The notes: generated from the letters alone by a model not told the origin. Positions 20,917 to 31,374 are shown, counted from the first letter of the stretch. The stretch: 64,000 bases of DNA from an uncultured Gemmatimonadales bacterium (GCA_963728915.1 CAVSLV010000001.1:1600001-1664000), one strand, 5' to 3'. Numbers and translations are program-made.

Positions 20917-22451
20917 GCCCCTTTCTTGGGACGGGGCGTGCTCTTCCTTCTTGGCGAACCGGTGCGACGCTTCGGCTTCTCCGGGGCCGGTTCGGGCGGC
21001 GGCGGCTCGGGGGAGCCGAACTGCACCATACCGACCATCGGTATTTCCGGCGGTCGGCTGAGCGCCCTCGAACCTCTCCGGAACCGGAGGGCAGCATTGC
21101 GAGGGGCGCCGGCAGCGGCAGGCGCCCCGGCTTCTCCGTTCTCCTGCGGCTCGACCCGGGCGGGTGGAGCGGCCGGAACGAACTCACCAAGCACCGGCCC
21201 GACACGTCGGGTGATCTCATACTCGTGTTCGGTGACCTTCCGAACGTCGGCAATTTCCGCGTCGTGGGCCTGGCGAAGGAATCGGGGGAAACGCTCCGCC
21301 TCGAGGAGAGGATCTTCCTTGCCATGAAGGGCGGCCATCCGGGCCCGGACCAGGTCCGATCCCACCGGCGAGGGGAGCTCCGACAACGCTCGCGAGAGGA
21401 GCTGGAACGAAGCGGCGAGCGTGAGGTTGCCATCGGTCTCGGCGGACTGGCGGACGGGCGGACGGGAGGACGGGCGGGCGGTCCGGGCGGTCCGGGCGGA
21501 CGGGCGGACCGGCGGGCCGGCGGACGGCTGGGTTGTCCGGCGCCCCCGACCTCGGCGACCGTTCTCCGGCGCCACAGCGGCCTGGGGCTCGGCTGTCCGG
21601 TGTGCGGGGGCCCTCTGTCCACCCGTCCGCCGGCCCGCCGGTTCGCCCGTCCGCCCATCGGCCGGTCCAATTTCGAACTGGCCGTTCTCGAGCTTGCTGA
21701 CCTTGATGAGGCCCCGGGACCCGGCCTCGGTGACGAACTTGCTGAATCGGTTGAACCCCGCGTTCCGTTCGTCGAAATTGGGATCGATCTGCTGCATCAC
21801 CTGCTTGAGCCGGTCCGACCGCATGACGTCCCGGTTCCGGGTCATCTGGGCCACGGCTTCTCCCACCAGCTCCCAGGGATCCCGCTGCGCGGAGGAGGGT
21901 TCCTCCTCCCGGGTCAGTCCGGCCAGATCGCTGTAGGAGTAGTACTCGTCACAGTTCTGGATCAGCAGATCGCTGGCCGACTCCCGGATACCGACGCCAA
22001 CCACATACTTCCCATACTCCTTGAGCTTGATGACCAGGGAGGAGAAGTCGCTGTCACCCGAGAGAAGGATGAAGGTCCCGATCTCCTGCCGGGTGAAGAC
22101 CAGCTCGATGGCATCGACCGCGAGGCGGATATCGGTGGCGTTCTTCTTGTTGGTTCCGAAGGCGGGGGCGAAGATCAGGTCGATCGACGATTCCGACAGG
22201 GGAACGATGTATTGCGGATAGCGGCGCCAGTCGGCATAGGCCCGCTGGACCGCCACTTTGCCCTTGATGATGTGACTGTTCAGCAGGGTGCGCAGCTCCT
22301 TGGTGAGGTCGCTGCGAATTCCGAGCGTGACGTTGTCGAAGTCGATCAGCAGGGCGGCATGGGGGGCGTGATGGACCGGCAGGTGGGCCGGGGTGGGCGG
22401 GGCGGGAGTCTGAACAGACTGGCGCCCGGCCCGATGGGCTGGGGGATTCAC
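20913..22451 (-). CDS. NYN (PIN-like) domain protein with two LOTUS/OST-HTH domains
   Basis: ALLIDFDNV, AYADW, KNATDIRLAVDA, LSGDSDF, CDEY; LOTUS-like DPNFDERNAGFNRFSKFV and FPRFLRQA. Start is probably GTG 22451; the stop overlaps the mpg start. Confidence 0.88.
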   Translation of the reverse strand: MNPPAHRAGRQSVQTPAPPTPAHLPVHHAPHAALLIDFDNVTLGIRSDLTKELRTLLNSHIIKGKVAVQRAYADWRRYPQYIVPLSESSIDLIFAPAFGTNKKNATDIRLAVDAIELVFTRQEIGTFILLSGDSDFSSLVIKLKEYGKYVVGVGIRESASDLLIQNCDEYYSYSDLAGLTREEEPSSAQRDPWELVGEAVAQMTRNRDVMRSDRLKQVMQQIDPNFDERNAGFNRFSKFVTEAGSRGLIKVSKLENGQFEIGPADGRTGEPAGRRTGGQRAPAHRTAEPQAAVAPENGRRGRGRRTTQPSAGPPVRPSARTARTARPSSRPPVRQSAETDGNLTLAASFQLLSRALSELPSPVGSDLVRARMAALHGKEDPLLEAERFPRFLRQAHDAEIADVRKVTEHEYEITRRVGPVLGEFVPAAPPARVEPQENGEAGAPAAAGAPRNAALRFRRGSRALSRPPEIPMVGMVQFGSPEPPPPEPAPEKPKRRTGSPRRKSTPRPKKGA

Positions 22452-22730
22452 GATATGGTTTCGTCTCCGCGACCTCCGCGGCTGTCCTCCCTTCCGCTTC
22501 CCGGACCAGTCGGTCAAGGAATTCGGGCGGGGAGCGAACGCGGCGGGGGATCGCCTTTCATGGGAACTCGAACAAAGCCCCATTGGCTCTTTCCTTCCCA
22601 ATCTGGAAAAGCTAGGTAACTCCTTTGCCTGAAGCAAGTTTCCCTGGACTTTGGGACTGCTGCGTCAACGCAACAAGTCAGCGATCTGGGCCAGGCAGAT
22701 CGCCCCAACTAGTTTCGGATGCCGCACCTA

Positions 22731-22746
22731 CGGCTTCGAATTTGCC
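22731..22746 (+). promoter_or_regulatory. putative sigma-54 (-24/-12) promoter of the algD-GT4 operon
   Basis: CGGCTT-CGAAT-TTGCC: GG(22732-33)-N10-GC(22744-45), 55 nt before the ATG; an 18-bp box TGCTGCGTCAACGCAACA lies at 22658-22675. Confidence 0.55.
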
Positions 22747-22800
22747 CTTTCCGGAGCCGAAGTTCGCCGAGTAGAACCAACTTTCACCGGATGAGCGTGG

Positions 22801-24116
22801 ATGGACATCAGCATCTTCGGCCTAGGATACGTCGGGACGGTTTGCGCCGGTACGCTGGCCTCGGAGGGCCATCGGGTGATCGGCGTCGACGTCAATCCGA
22901 TGAAGGTCAAGGAGGTGAATTCCGGGGTCCCCCCGATCGTGGAACCGGGATTGACCGAGCTCTTCCAGCGGGTGCACGCTGCCGGCAGCCTGCGGGCAAC
23001 TGCCTCCGCGGTCGAGGCGGTAGGGTCGACCAGCATTTCCCTGATTTGCGTCGGCACCCCCAGCCAGCCCAACGGGGATCTCGATCTCGGATATACCGAG
23101 CGGGTCTGCACCGAGATCGGAGAAGCCATTCGGAGCAAACCGGAGCCACACGTGAGTGGTGTTTCGCAGCACGATGCTTCCGGGCTCCACCGAGAAACGG
23201 CTGGTGCCCATCCTGGAAAAGGCCTCCGGGCGACGAGTCGGGAAGGACCTGGTGGTGTGCTACAACCCGGAGTTCCTCCGGGAAGGATCCTCCCTCGAGG
23301 ATTTTTACCATCCTCCCAAGATCGTGGTCGGGTGAAAGCTTTGCCGGCGCCGGCGATCAGGTTCTCGCCCTCTATGAAGGTATCGAGGCGCCCGTGGTGC
23401 GAACCTCCATCCCGATCGCCGAAATGGTGAAGTATTGCGATAACGCCTTCCATGCCCTGAAGATCGGTTTCGCCAACGAAGTCGGAAACATCTGCAAACA
23501 GGTGGGGATCGACAGCCACGAGCTGATGGAGATTTTTTGCCAGGACACCAAGCTCAATCTCTCCCGCGCCTACCTGAAGCCGGGCTTCTCTTTCGGTGGA
23601 TCGTGTCTGCCCAAGGATCTGCGGGCCTTGACCTATCAGGCCAAGCGGTTCGATCTCGCCAGTCCAATCCTGAACGCCATTCTCGAAAGCAATCGCCGGC
23701 AAACCGAGCGGGGCGTGCAGACCATTCTCCGATTCGGGAAAAAGCGGATTGGCTTTCTGGGAATGGCCTTCAAACCCGAAACCGACGACCTGCGGGAAAG
23801 TCCCCTGGTGGAGGTGATTGAAACTCTTCTGGGAAAGGGCTACCAGGTCCAGATCTATGATCGTGGCGTGTCGACCAGTCGCCTGATCGGCGCGAACAAG
23901 CGATTCATCGAGGAGCACATCCCCCATCTTTCGGCGCTCCTGGTGGATGATGCGAAGACCATGCTGGAAGGATCCGATCTTGTCGTCGTGGGGCATGCCA
24001 ACCCGGAGTTCGAGCAGCTTCTGGCCGGCCTCCGTCCCGACCAGATCGTGATCGATCTGGCCCGGGGGGCCAGTCCAACCGGGACGCCGGCGCGGTACGA
24101 AGGCTTTTCCTGGTAA
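22801..24116 (+). CDS. algD: GDP-mannose 6-dehydrogenase (AlgD-like nucleotide-sugar dehydrogenase), two apparent +1 frameshifts
   Basis: Reconstructed across 3 frames: ISIFGLGYVG, ICVGTPS, VFRSTMLPG, YNPEFLREG, AEMVKY..N.FHALK, PGFSFGGSCLPKD, FKPETDDLRESP, C-terminal EGFSW, as in Pseudomonas AlgD. Extra bases at about 23155 (A) and 23330 (G run). Confidence 0.85.
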
Positions 24117-25330
24117 TGAGGCTGCTGGTCGTCGCGGGCGAGGTTCCCGCCACTGCCAACATGCCCGGTTCACCTCGACTATTCAGCCTCTGTCAGGTCC
24201 TGGCCGCTCGACACCAGCTGTTCCTCGCGACGTTCACCGAAGACTCGACCCGTTTGGATGCGTTCCGAGCCGATCCGGGCACGGCGGGAGTGTTCCGGGA
24301 CATCACGGTTCTCCCCGCGGCGCCGCCGCATACCTGGTGGGGAACCCAGGCGCATCGACTGCACCGAGAGCCACATCTCAGTACCAGGCAACGCCACCCG
24401 GAGTACCATGGCATGATCTCGCAGTCCATCGCCGACCTGGTGCGGAGATGGAACATCGAGGTGGTGCACGTGGACGGGCTGCGCAGCACGCAGTACGTCA
24501 CGGATGCCGGCATCGCCTGTCCGGCGGTGGTGGACCTTCATGATTCGCTGAGCCTCCTCTATTCCCGCAAGGTTCCCCTGGAGCGGAGCTGGATTCGCCG
24601 CCAGGCGTTGCGGGCCGAAACCAGAAGCCTGGCGCGCTGGGAACGATCGCTCGGCCGGGACTTCTCGGCCGTCATCACCAATTCACCCGTGGACGAGGCG
24701 TTCATCCGCCGCTTGAACCCCACGGCGAAGGTCCTGACCATCGAGAACGGCGTAGACGGAGGGTTCTTTCGACCCGGCAAGGTCCGGGGAGATTCCCGGA
24801 TCCTCCTCTTCACCGGCGTGATGAGTTACGGCCCCAACGAAGATGCGGCGCTGTATTTCCTCGAGTCGATCCTGCCCGCGGTTCAGGCCGCGATCCCCGA
24901 GGTCCGCTTCCAAGTGGTGGGACGATCGCCGGGACCACAGATCCGTGAGCTCGCCAGCCGTCCCGGCGTGGAGGTTCCGGGCGAGGTGCCGGACGTCCGG
25001 CCCTACCTCGAGGAAGCCGGGATATTCGTGTGTCCTTTGCGCTGGGGGGCGGGGGTCAAGAACAAGGTGCTTGCGGCGCTCGCCATGGGGAAACCGGTGG
25101 TCGCCAGCAGTCTGAGTATCGAGGGCCTCGACCTCCAGGACCGGACCCATCTTCTCATTGCCGATGATCCGGCCGAGTTCGCCGAACGGGTCATCGGTCT
25201 GATCAGGGAGCCAGCCCGAGCCGAAGCGATGGGAAAACGGGGTCAGGAGGCGGTGCTCACCAGGTACTCGTGGGAACACAGCGCCCGAACTCTGGAAGGG
25301 GTCCTGACGCCGCTGGTGTCACCGGGTTAG
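24116..25330 (+). CDS. glycosyltransferase family 4 (GT-B) of exopolysaccharide loci
   Basis: IENGVD, FTGVMSYGPNEDA, VPDVRPY, CPLRWGAGVKNKVLAALAMGKPVV, YSW. Confidence 0.9.
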   Translation: MRLLVVAGEVPATANMPGSPRLFSLCQVLAARHQLFLATFTEDSTRLDAFRADPGTAGVFRDITVLPAAPPHTWWGTQAHRLHREPHLSTRQRHPEYHGMISQSIADLVRRWNIEVVHVDGLRSTQYVTDAGIACPAVVDLHDSLSLLYSRKVPLERSWIRRQALRAETRSLARWERSLGRDFSAVITNSPVDEAFIRRLNPTAKVLTIENGVDGGFFRPGKVRGDSRILLFTGVMSYGPNEDAALYFLESILPAVQAAIPEVRFQVVGRSPGPQIRELASRPGVEVPGEVPDVRPYLEEAGIFVCPLRWGAGVKNKVLAALAMGKPVVASSLSIEGLDLQDRTHLLIADDPAEFAERVIGLIREPARAEAMGKRGQEAVLTRYSWEHSARTLEGVLTPLVSPG

Positions 25331-26397
25331 AGCCCCTCCTCCATGCCGGCCCGAGGCAGGTCGAGCGTGAAGAAGAAGCGGGTGCCCACACCCTGGGACG
25401 TCTCCACCTGAAGATCGCCTTTCATCGCCTCCACCAGCTTCCGGCAGATCGACAGGCCCAATCCCGAGCCGGAGAATGCGTATTCCCTCTGCTTCTGGCG
25501 ACGACGGAACGGTTCAAACAGCATCGCCATCGCCTGCGGGGGAATCCCGCGTCCGGTGTCCCGCACCGAGAATTCGATGGTCGAAGGCCCTTGTTCGCGC
25601 GCGATGACCTGCACACTCCCTTCATCGGTGAATTTGAGCGCATTGGTCGTCAGGTTGAGCAGCACCCTCGAAATGGCGACCGGATAGCCGGTCCGGAGAC
25701 CGTCGGCGGGACCATCGAGCTTCACTTCGAGGCCCTTCTCTTCGGCGATCGGCTGCACGATGTCCCGGACCGATTCGAGAATGTCACTCACTGAAAACGG
25801 CAGGGGATCGGTTTCAAGCTGGCGCTCGCCTCCCCGGGCAAGCTCGATGACATCGCTGGCCACCGAGGTGAGCCCGAACGCCGCCGCGTAGACCAGGCCG
25901 ATCTGCCGCTCCTGCAGCGGAGTGAGCGGCCCGCTCCGACCTCGTCGGAGGGTTTCCGCCAGGAACAGAATGGAGGTCAGGGGGGACCGCAGGTCGTGAG
26001 CGACCTCTACGACCAGCTCGAGCCCGTCAGGCCCCGAGAGCCGGTCGGTAAAACGGTGCTTCCAGTCGCCCTCCAGCTCCTGTCCGACTTTCTCGAACGC
26101 CTGCAATACTCGAAGCAGGGAGCGACCATCGGGAAGCTTCGGCAAGGACTCGGCCTGGGCAAGAAACGACGTCCTCAGGGATTGGAGAACTCGACGGGTC
26201 AGGTGGTTCTTGGGAAGCCCGGGGAGGCCTTTGCCATCCAGCTCGCACTGCAAGGCGGCGAGCAGGACGCCGACGTGGTTGGCCACCTCATCCGTGGACG
26301 CGGCATCGACGCCGAGCAGTCCCACCGACTCGGCGGCGACGATCTCCCCGGCCCGCTGGAGGGCGTCCATGAACGTGGGCGCCTTCCCGGAGGTCAC
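25327..26397 (-). CDS. cytoplasmic sensor histidine kinase
   Basis: H-box AHDLRSPL, N-box NLTTNALKF, DTGRGI, FEPF, GSGLGL; no transmembrane segment. Confidence 0.9.
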   Translation of the reverse strand: MTSGKAPTFMDALQRAGEIVAAESVGLLGVDAASTDEVANHVGVLLAALQCELDGKGLPGLPKNHLTRRVLQSLRTSFLAQAESLPKLPDGRSLLRVLQAFEKVGQELEGDWKHRFTDRLSGPDGLELVVEVAHDLRSPLTSILFLAETLRRGRSGPLTPLQERQIGLVYAAAFGLTSVASDVIELARGGERQLETDPLPFSVSDILESVRDIVQPIAEEKGLEVKLDGPADGLRTGYPVAISRVLLNLTTNALKFTDEGSVQVIAREQGPSTIEFSVRDTGRGIPPQAMAMLFEPFRRRQKQREYAFSGSGLGLSICRKLVEAMKGDLQVETSQGVGTRFFFTLDLPRAGMEEGL

Positions 26398-27941
26398 CCG
26401 GCTGCGTCCTCGGACGAGGCGCGGACCAGCTGGTGCTTTTCCATCAATCGGTAGAGAGTGGTCCGGTCGACTCCAGCGAGCCGAGCGGCCTTGGACATGT
26501 TGTTGTTGGCGCGGGCGACCAGGGAGACGAGGTATTCCTTCTCGAACTGCGCCACGACCCGGTCCTTGGCAACGTGATAGGGCTCGCTCGAATGCACCGG
26601 TCCGACCGCGAGGCCCGGGCCGGGACGGTCAGCGCTGCTGGAAGCTCCGCCCTCCTCGTCATAGAGCGGGATATCGCCGGGCTGTACTACCTGATCGGGC
26701 TCCAGCAGCACCGCGGCGTGTTCGATGACGTTCTGAAGCTCGCGGACATTCCCTCTCCAGGGGCGGGAACGGAGAAAAGCGATGCTCTCATCGCTCAGCC
26801 GGGGACACCGCCCCGGCATCTGGCGGTGCCGGTGCCAGTAATAAGTGAGGAAATGATTGGCCAGCAGAGGAATGTCTTCCTGGCGTTTCCGCAGCGGCGG
26901 CAGGGTGATCGGAACGACTCGCAGGCGGTAGAAGAGATCTCCTCGCAGGATCCCGCTATCGACCGCCTCCTGGGGATCCCGGTTCGTGGCGGAGATGAAC
27001 CGCACGTCGACCTGGGCATCGGTCGATTCCGACCCCACCCGACGGACCACCCCGTCCTGGATGACCCGGAGCAGTTTGGCCTGGAGGGCCAGGGGCATCT
27101 CGGTAAGCTCATCCAGAAAGAGGGTGCCGCCATTCGCGGTTTCCAGCAGACCGGGCTTGTCGCGGTCGGCGCCGGTAAAGGCGCCCTTCCGGTGGCCGAA
27201 CATCTCCGACTCCAGCAGCGGTTCGGGAAGCGCAGCGCAATTGATCGGCACGATCACCTTCTTGTTCCGCCGGCTGTGCTCGTGAATGAACTGGGCGAAC
27301 ACTTCCTTCCCGGTTCCACTCTCGCCGCTGATGAAGACGCTCGCGTCGGTGGGAGCCACTTTCCGAGCCAGCTCCACCGCCTTGCGGAACAGGGGGGAAA
27401 TCCCGATCAGCGTCAGCGAGCCGCCGGCGGTGTGCTGTTCGAGCACCTGCTGCCGCAGCTCGCTGGCTTCCCGGTTCACCATGACCGCATGGGACGCCCG
27501 GCCGACCAGAACCTGGAGGTGGGTCGCCGAAAACGGCTTGGGCAGATAATCCCAGGCGCCGGCCCGCAGGGCTTCGATGCTCGAGCTGACGCTCGGGTTC
27601 CCGGTCATCACGACCACGATCATGTCGCGATTGGAGTCGAGCGCGGTTCGCAGAAGGTCGAGTCCGGATACCTGGGACATGTACAGATCGACCAGCATGA
27701 TGTCGAAACGCCGCTGCTTGACGAGCTCCAGGGCCTCCTCGCCCCGGCCAGCCAGGGTTACCGAGAAGCCGTCCATCTGGAGCACACTGGCGCAACTCTC
27801 CCGAAGGGTGCGTTCATCGTCGACGAGCAGGATCCGGATCCCGGCCTTGATCTCCGGGGCAATAGAAAGGGGATCGCGAGGTGCCTTGGCATCGCGCGGC
27901 CGATTCTCCCGGTCCGACCCTGCAGTTAGCGGACTTCCCAT
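26394..27941 (-). CDS. sigma-54-dependent response regulator (REC-AAA+-Fis HTH, NtrC family)
   Basis: LLVDDE, LVDLYM (phospho-Asp), YLPKPF, GESGTGKE, ESEMFGHRKGAFTGA, LFLDE, WRGNVREL, AARLAGVDRTTLYRLM. Confidence 0.96.
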   Translation of the reverse strand: MGSPLTAGSDRENRPRDAKAPRDPLSIAPEIKAGIRILLVDDERTLRESCASVLQMDGFSVTLAGRGEEALELVKQRRFDIMLVDLYMSQVSGLDLLRTALDSNRDMIVVVMTGNPSVSSSIEALRAGAWDYLPKPFSATHLQVLVGRASHAVMVNREASELRQQVLEQHTAGGSLTLIGISPLFRKAVELARKVAPTDASVFISGESGTGKEVFAQFIHEHSRRNKKVIVPINCAALPEPLLESEMFGHRKGAFTGADRDKPGLLETANGGTLFLDELTEMPLALQAKLLRVIQDGVVRRVGSESTDAQVDVRFISATNRDPQEAVDSGILRGDLFYRLRVVPITLPPLRKRQEDIPLLANHFLTYYWHRHRQMPGRCPRLSDESIAFLRSRPWRGNVRELQNVIEHAAVLLEPDQVVQPGDIPLYDEEGGASSSADRPGPGLAVGPVHSSEPYHVAKDRVVAQFEKEYLVSLVARANNNMSKAARLAGVDRTTLYRLMEKHQLVRASSEDAAG

Positions 27942-28009
27942 ACCCTCCAGCCAGTTCGATCAGGTTGGTGCGCGTCGAAATCGCGCTCGCCTCATGAAAG
28001 GGCGAAAAC

Positions 28010-28105
28010 TGTGCCGCAGGCGTAACACAGGGTCACCGAGCGATGCAACACAATGCTAGACATGGCGATGCGTTGTCGCAACATGGGTGTCATTGGTGGG
28101 CAACA
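28010..28105. promoter_or_regulatory. array of putative enhancer (UAS) boxes between the regulator and wzc
   Basis: 18-bp TGT-N12-ACA-like boxes: 28010-27 TGTGCCGCAGGCGTAACA, 28066-83 CGATGCGTTGTCGCAACA, 28088-105 TGTCATTGGTGGGCAACA; a further GCAACA half-site ends at 28050. Confidence 0.55.
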
Positions 28106-28175
28106 CCTGGGCGTAACGCCACGGAGGCTCGGAGCGGGGATCATAGTGCGCAAGGGGCGACGAATAGCTAGGTTG

Positions 28176-28191
28176 CGGTATCGCAATTGCA
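28176..28191 (+). promoter_or_regulatory. putative sigma-54 (-24/-12) promoter of wzc
   Basis: CGGTAT-CGCAA-TTGCA: GG(28177-78)-N10-GC(28189-90), about 70 nt downstream of the box array. Confidence 0.6.
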
Positions 28192-28204
28192 CGGGTGCGA
28201 CAGC

Positions 28205-30634
28205 ATGACAAGCCCTATCGTGTCGAACCATTCCGGCGGTCCGCCGGCGCCGGTGAATGCTTCCGCCATTCAGGGGGTCTTGGATGCTGGGGCGCTCTCC
28301 GGGGCGGGACCGGAGCCTGGATCGACGCAACTGACCCGAATTTTCGCCGCCCTTCGACGGTTTGCCTGGCTCATCGCGTTGGTGACCGTGGTTGGGTCGG
28401 CGGCAAGTCTCGCGGCCACTCGTCTGCTGCATCCGATGTACGAGGTGACTTCGACTCTCTATCTGCAGAACGCCAATCAGACTGGCGACGGTCCGATTCA
28501 GGCTCCTCAAATCCTGAGCGAATACAACTGGGTCGAGCTCAACCGGACGTTCGCGGTCCTCGACCCGGTCGTGCGGCAGCTCAGGTTGTACCTCTCGCTC
28601 GGCAAGGGAGCCACTCGCGAGCTGTTCGACGGTTTTGAGCTCGCTCCCCGGTTCACCCCGGGGACCTACCAGCTTACGGTGGATCCGACCGGGCAGAAGT
28701 ACTCCCTTGGCCTGAAGGGTGGTCCTTCGGAGCTGGCGACCGGTCCGGTTACGGACTCGGTGGGTCGAGCGGCTGGATTCCTGTGGCAGCCGGGCCCCCA
28801 AAAGCTGCCTGCTGGCTTGAAGGCCAACTTCACGATCGTGAGTCCCCGGGACGCCGACGTCGCCCTCCGAGACAATCTGAACGTCCGACTGAGCAGTGAA
28901 CGAGGCAGCTTCCTCGTCGTCGGGCTGATGGGTACCGATCCGGAGCTGATCGCCGAAACGATGAACGCGGTGATGCGCCGCTTCGTGGACGTCGCGACCG
29001 AGCTTAAAAAGGCGAGACTCCAGGAGCTCTCGAAGGTCCTTCAGGAGCAAGTCCAGCAGCAGGAGGCCAAGCTGCGGGCGGCGGAAGGCGCGCTCGAAAC
29101 CTTCAAGGTGGCCACCATCACTCAGCCTCGGGAGGAAGTCGCCATTGCGGCCGGGCTGCAGATGACCCAGAACACCGCGTACGGCCGGTACTTCGACCAG
29201 CGGGTGAGCGCCGAGACCATCCGCCACGATCGGCGGGACATCGAGGACGTCCTGGCTCGCCTCCACGAGGGGCAAACGGTGGTCGACGCCTTCCACACCA
29301 TTCCCGCGGTGCGCAATTCCCCGGACCTCGTTCGTGCCCTGAACGAGCTTTCCACCGCGGAAGCAGACCTCCGCGCGCTCCAGGTCAAGTACACCGATGA
29401 GTATCCGGGAGTGAAAACGATCCAGGACCGCATCACGACGATCCGCTCCACCACGATTCCGCACTATGCTCAGGCACTGGTGGATCAACTCAAAATCGAA
29501 GAGAACGATCTCGAGAATCGCATCGCGGCGGCCGGTCAGGAGCTCCGTTCCATCCCGGTTCGGGCGATTACCGAAGCGCGGCTCCAGCGCGAGGTCGAAA
29601 GCGACCGCTACCTCGCGACCAATCTCCAGAATCGATACGAGGAAAACAAGCTCGCGGAAATGAGCGCCATTCCGGACGTCCGGGTTCTCGATGCCGCGAT
29701 GCCGCCGAGCCGTCCTACGAAGAACCGCGCCCCGCAGATCATCCTGATCGGTGTCGCCCTGAGCCTGGGGACGGGACTTGGTCTGGCCATTCTGCTCGAC
29801 CGGCTCGACAAGCGGTTCCGCTATCCGGAACAGGCCTCCAGCGAGCTCGGCCTCACCATCCTCGGCGCGATTCCCGCGATTCCCCGTCCCCGGAACGGGA
29901 AGAAGGTTTCGCAGGACGAGATGCATCAGGTCATCGAGTCCTTCCGATCGGTGCGGCTCAACCTGGCGCACTCATTCGATCCGGATCAGCCGATCTGTCT
30001 CACCATCTCCAGCCCGAGCCCGGGGGACGGCAAGTCGCTGGTCTCCGCCAATCTCGCCCTTTCCTTCGCGGAAGCGGGTTATCGCACCATCCTGGTGGAT
30101 GGAGACATCCGCCGGGGCGATCTCCATCGCACCTTCAGCGGCGATCGCCGGCCCGGACTGCTCGACTATCTGGGTTCGAGTCGGCTCCCACTCGAACGAA
30201 CCTTCCGCCCGACCTCGCATCCGCGGCTCACCCTGATGCCGTGCGGCACCCGCTTGCAACACGGCCCCGAGCTCCTCGGGTCGGCTCGGATGGCGGAGCT
30301 GGTGGAGATCCTGCGCAGGGATTTTGAAGTGATCGTGATGGACAGTCCGCCGCTCGGGGCCGGCATCGACCCCTTCGTGCTGGGCACCCATACCGGAAAC
30401 GTCATGCTGGTGCTGCGGAGCGGCGAGACCGACCGGGAAATGGCCGAAGTGAAGCTGCGGGTCCTGGAACGGCTGCCGATCCGGATTCTCGGCGCTGTCC
30501 TCAACCATATCCACGCCGGGACCGGCCCGTACAAGTACTACACCTACAGCTACGGCTACGCCGCGGAAGAGGAGATCGGCGAGGAGCGAACAGTGGAGGC
30601 CTTGCCGCTGCCGACCTCGCCCACCAGCGCCTAG
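28205..30634 (+). CDS. wzc: polysaccharide co-polymerase / BY tyrosine autokinase (Wzc family)
   Basis: Two TM helices flanking a coiled-coil domain, ESFRSVRLNL, Walker A SPSPGDGKS, LVDGDIRR, VMDSPP, C-terminal Tyr cluster PYKYYTYSYGY. Confidence 0.94.
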   Translation: MTSPIVSNHSGGPPAPVNASAIQGVLDAGALSGAGPEPGSTQLTRIFAALRRFAWLIALVTVVGSAASLAATRLLHPMYEVTSTLYLQNANQTGDGPIQAPQILSEYNWVELNRTFAVLDPVVRQLRLYLSLGKGATRELFDGFELAPRFTPGTYQLTVDPTGQKYSLGLKGGPSELATGPVTDSVGRAAGFLWQPGPQKLPAGLKANFTIVSPRDADVALRDNLNVRLSSERGSFLVVGLMGTDPELIAETMNAVMRRFVDVATELKKARLQELSKVLQEQVQQQEAKLRAAEGALETFKVATITQPREEVAIAAGLQMTQNTAYGRYFDQRVSAETIRHDRRDIEDVLARLHEGQTVVDAFHTIPAVRNSPDLVRALNELSTAEADLRALQVKYTDEYPGVKTIQDRITTIRSTTIPHYAQALVDQLKIEENDLENRIAAAGQELRSIPVRAITEARLQREVESDRYLATNLQNRYEENKLAEMSAIPDVRVLDAAMPPSRPTKNRAPQIILIGVALSLGTGLGLAILLDRLDKRFRYPEQASSELGLTILGAIPAIPRPRNGKKVSQDEMHQVIESFRSVRLNLAHSFDPDQPICLTISSPSPGDGKSLVSANLALSFAEAGYRTILVDGDIRRGDLHRTFSGDRRPGLLDYLGSSRLPLERTFRPTSHPRLTLMPCGTRLQHGPELLGSARMAELVEILRRDFEVIVMDSPPLGAGIDPFVLGTHTGNVMLVLRSGETDREMAEVKLRVLERLPIRILGAVLNHIHAGTGPYKYYTYSYGYAAEEEIGEERTVEALPLPTSPTSA

Positions 30635-31374
30635 CGCCAGTCTCGCAGCCACTCGGCGGGAAAATCTCTCACCGACAAGTCGAGGGCCTTTCCAGGCTCC
30701 GGATTGGTGACGGCCAGGGCTCCCACATATCCCCGGGGCACCGGCACCGACGCCACCAGGGCTGGTGGATGGGTGCCGGTGATGTCGACCGGCTGAAACG
30801 AGTCGTCAGGCGCAAGCCCGACCGTGACGTCCTTGAGCGGAATTGACAACCCCCCACCCACCGCCTTGACGTACGCCTCTTTCGCCGTCCAGAGCCGGAA
30901 GAACATGTCCGGGTGATCCTGGAGAGGTGCCACCGCGAATTCCGCGCGCTCGGACGCCGAGCATACGGTCTCCAGCAGCTCCGGAATGGAAACTTCGCGC
31001 TCTGCGCTTTCGACGTCGACGCCGACCTCGAGTGAGCTGGCGATCGCCAGAAGAGCCAGGCCGTGGGAATGGGCGACGTTGAATTGCAGCGGGTCGGATC
31101 GATCGAGGGCCGGTTTGCCCTTGCCGCCCTCCCGGAATCGAAGGGTCTCCGGTCTCTCCCCGAGATAGCGGCCCAGAAGGATTCGCAATCCGCCGCGCGC
31201 CGCGATGAACTCCTGCCGGGCAAGGGGGGCGGTATACCGAGCGGCCCGGGATTGCTCGGCGCCGGAGAGCAACGGCAGTAATTCCTCCACCGGCCCAGTG
31301 GGGATGGCGAGTCGCCAGACGTGGACCTGGTGGCCGCGCGGCTTGGGGATCGCCGCGATCGACGAAGGACTCAC
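30631..31374 (-). CDS. Sfp-type 4'-phosphopantetheinyl transferase
   Basis: VHVWRL, GKGKPAL, FNVAHSHG, VGVDVE, FFRLWTAKEAYVKAVGGGL; GTG 31374 overlaps the exporter stop (GTGA). Confidence 0.94.
   Translation of the reverse strand: MSPSSIAAIPKPRGHQVHVWRLAIPTGPVEELLPLLSGAEQSRAARYTAPLARQEFIAARGGLRILLGRYLGERPETLRFREGGKGKPALDRSDPLQFNVAHSHGLALLAIASSLEVGVDVESAEREVSIPELLETVCSASERAEFAVAPLQDHPDMFFRLWTAKEAYVKAVGGGLSIPLKDVTVGLAPDDSFQPVDITGTHPPALVASVPVPRGYVGALAVTNPEPGKALDLSVRDFPAEWLRDWR

Noticed and set aside
22719..22800. ORF-track start at 22719 for the dehydrogenase
   Set aside because: Artefact of frameshifts; the homologous N-terminus begins at ATG 22801 in another frame
28187..28204. TTG start of wzc at 28187
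   Set aside because: It lies within the putative -12 element; ATG 28205 or a later GTG is more plausible
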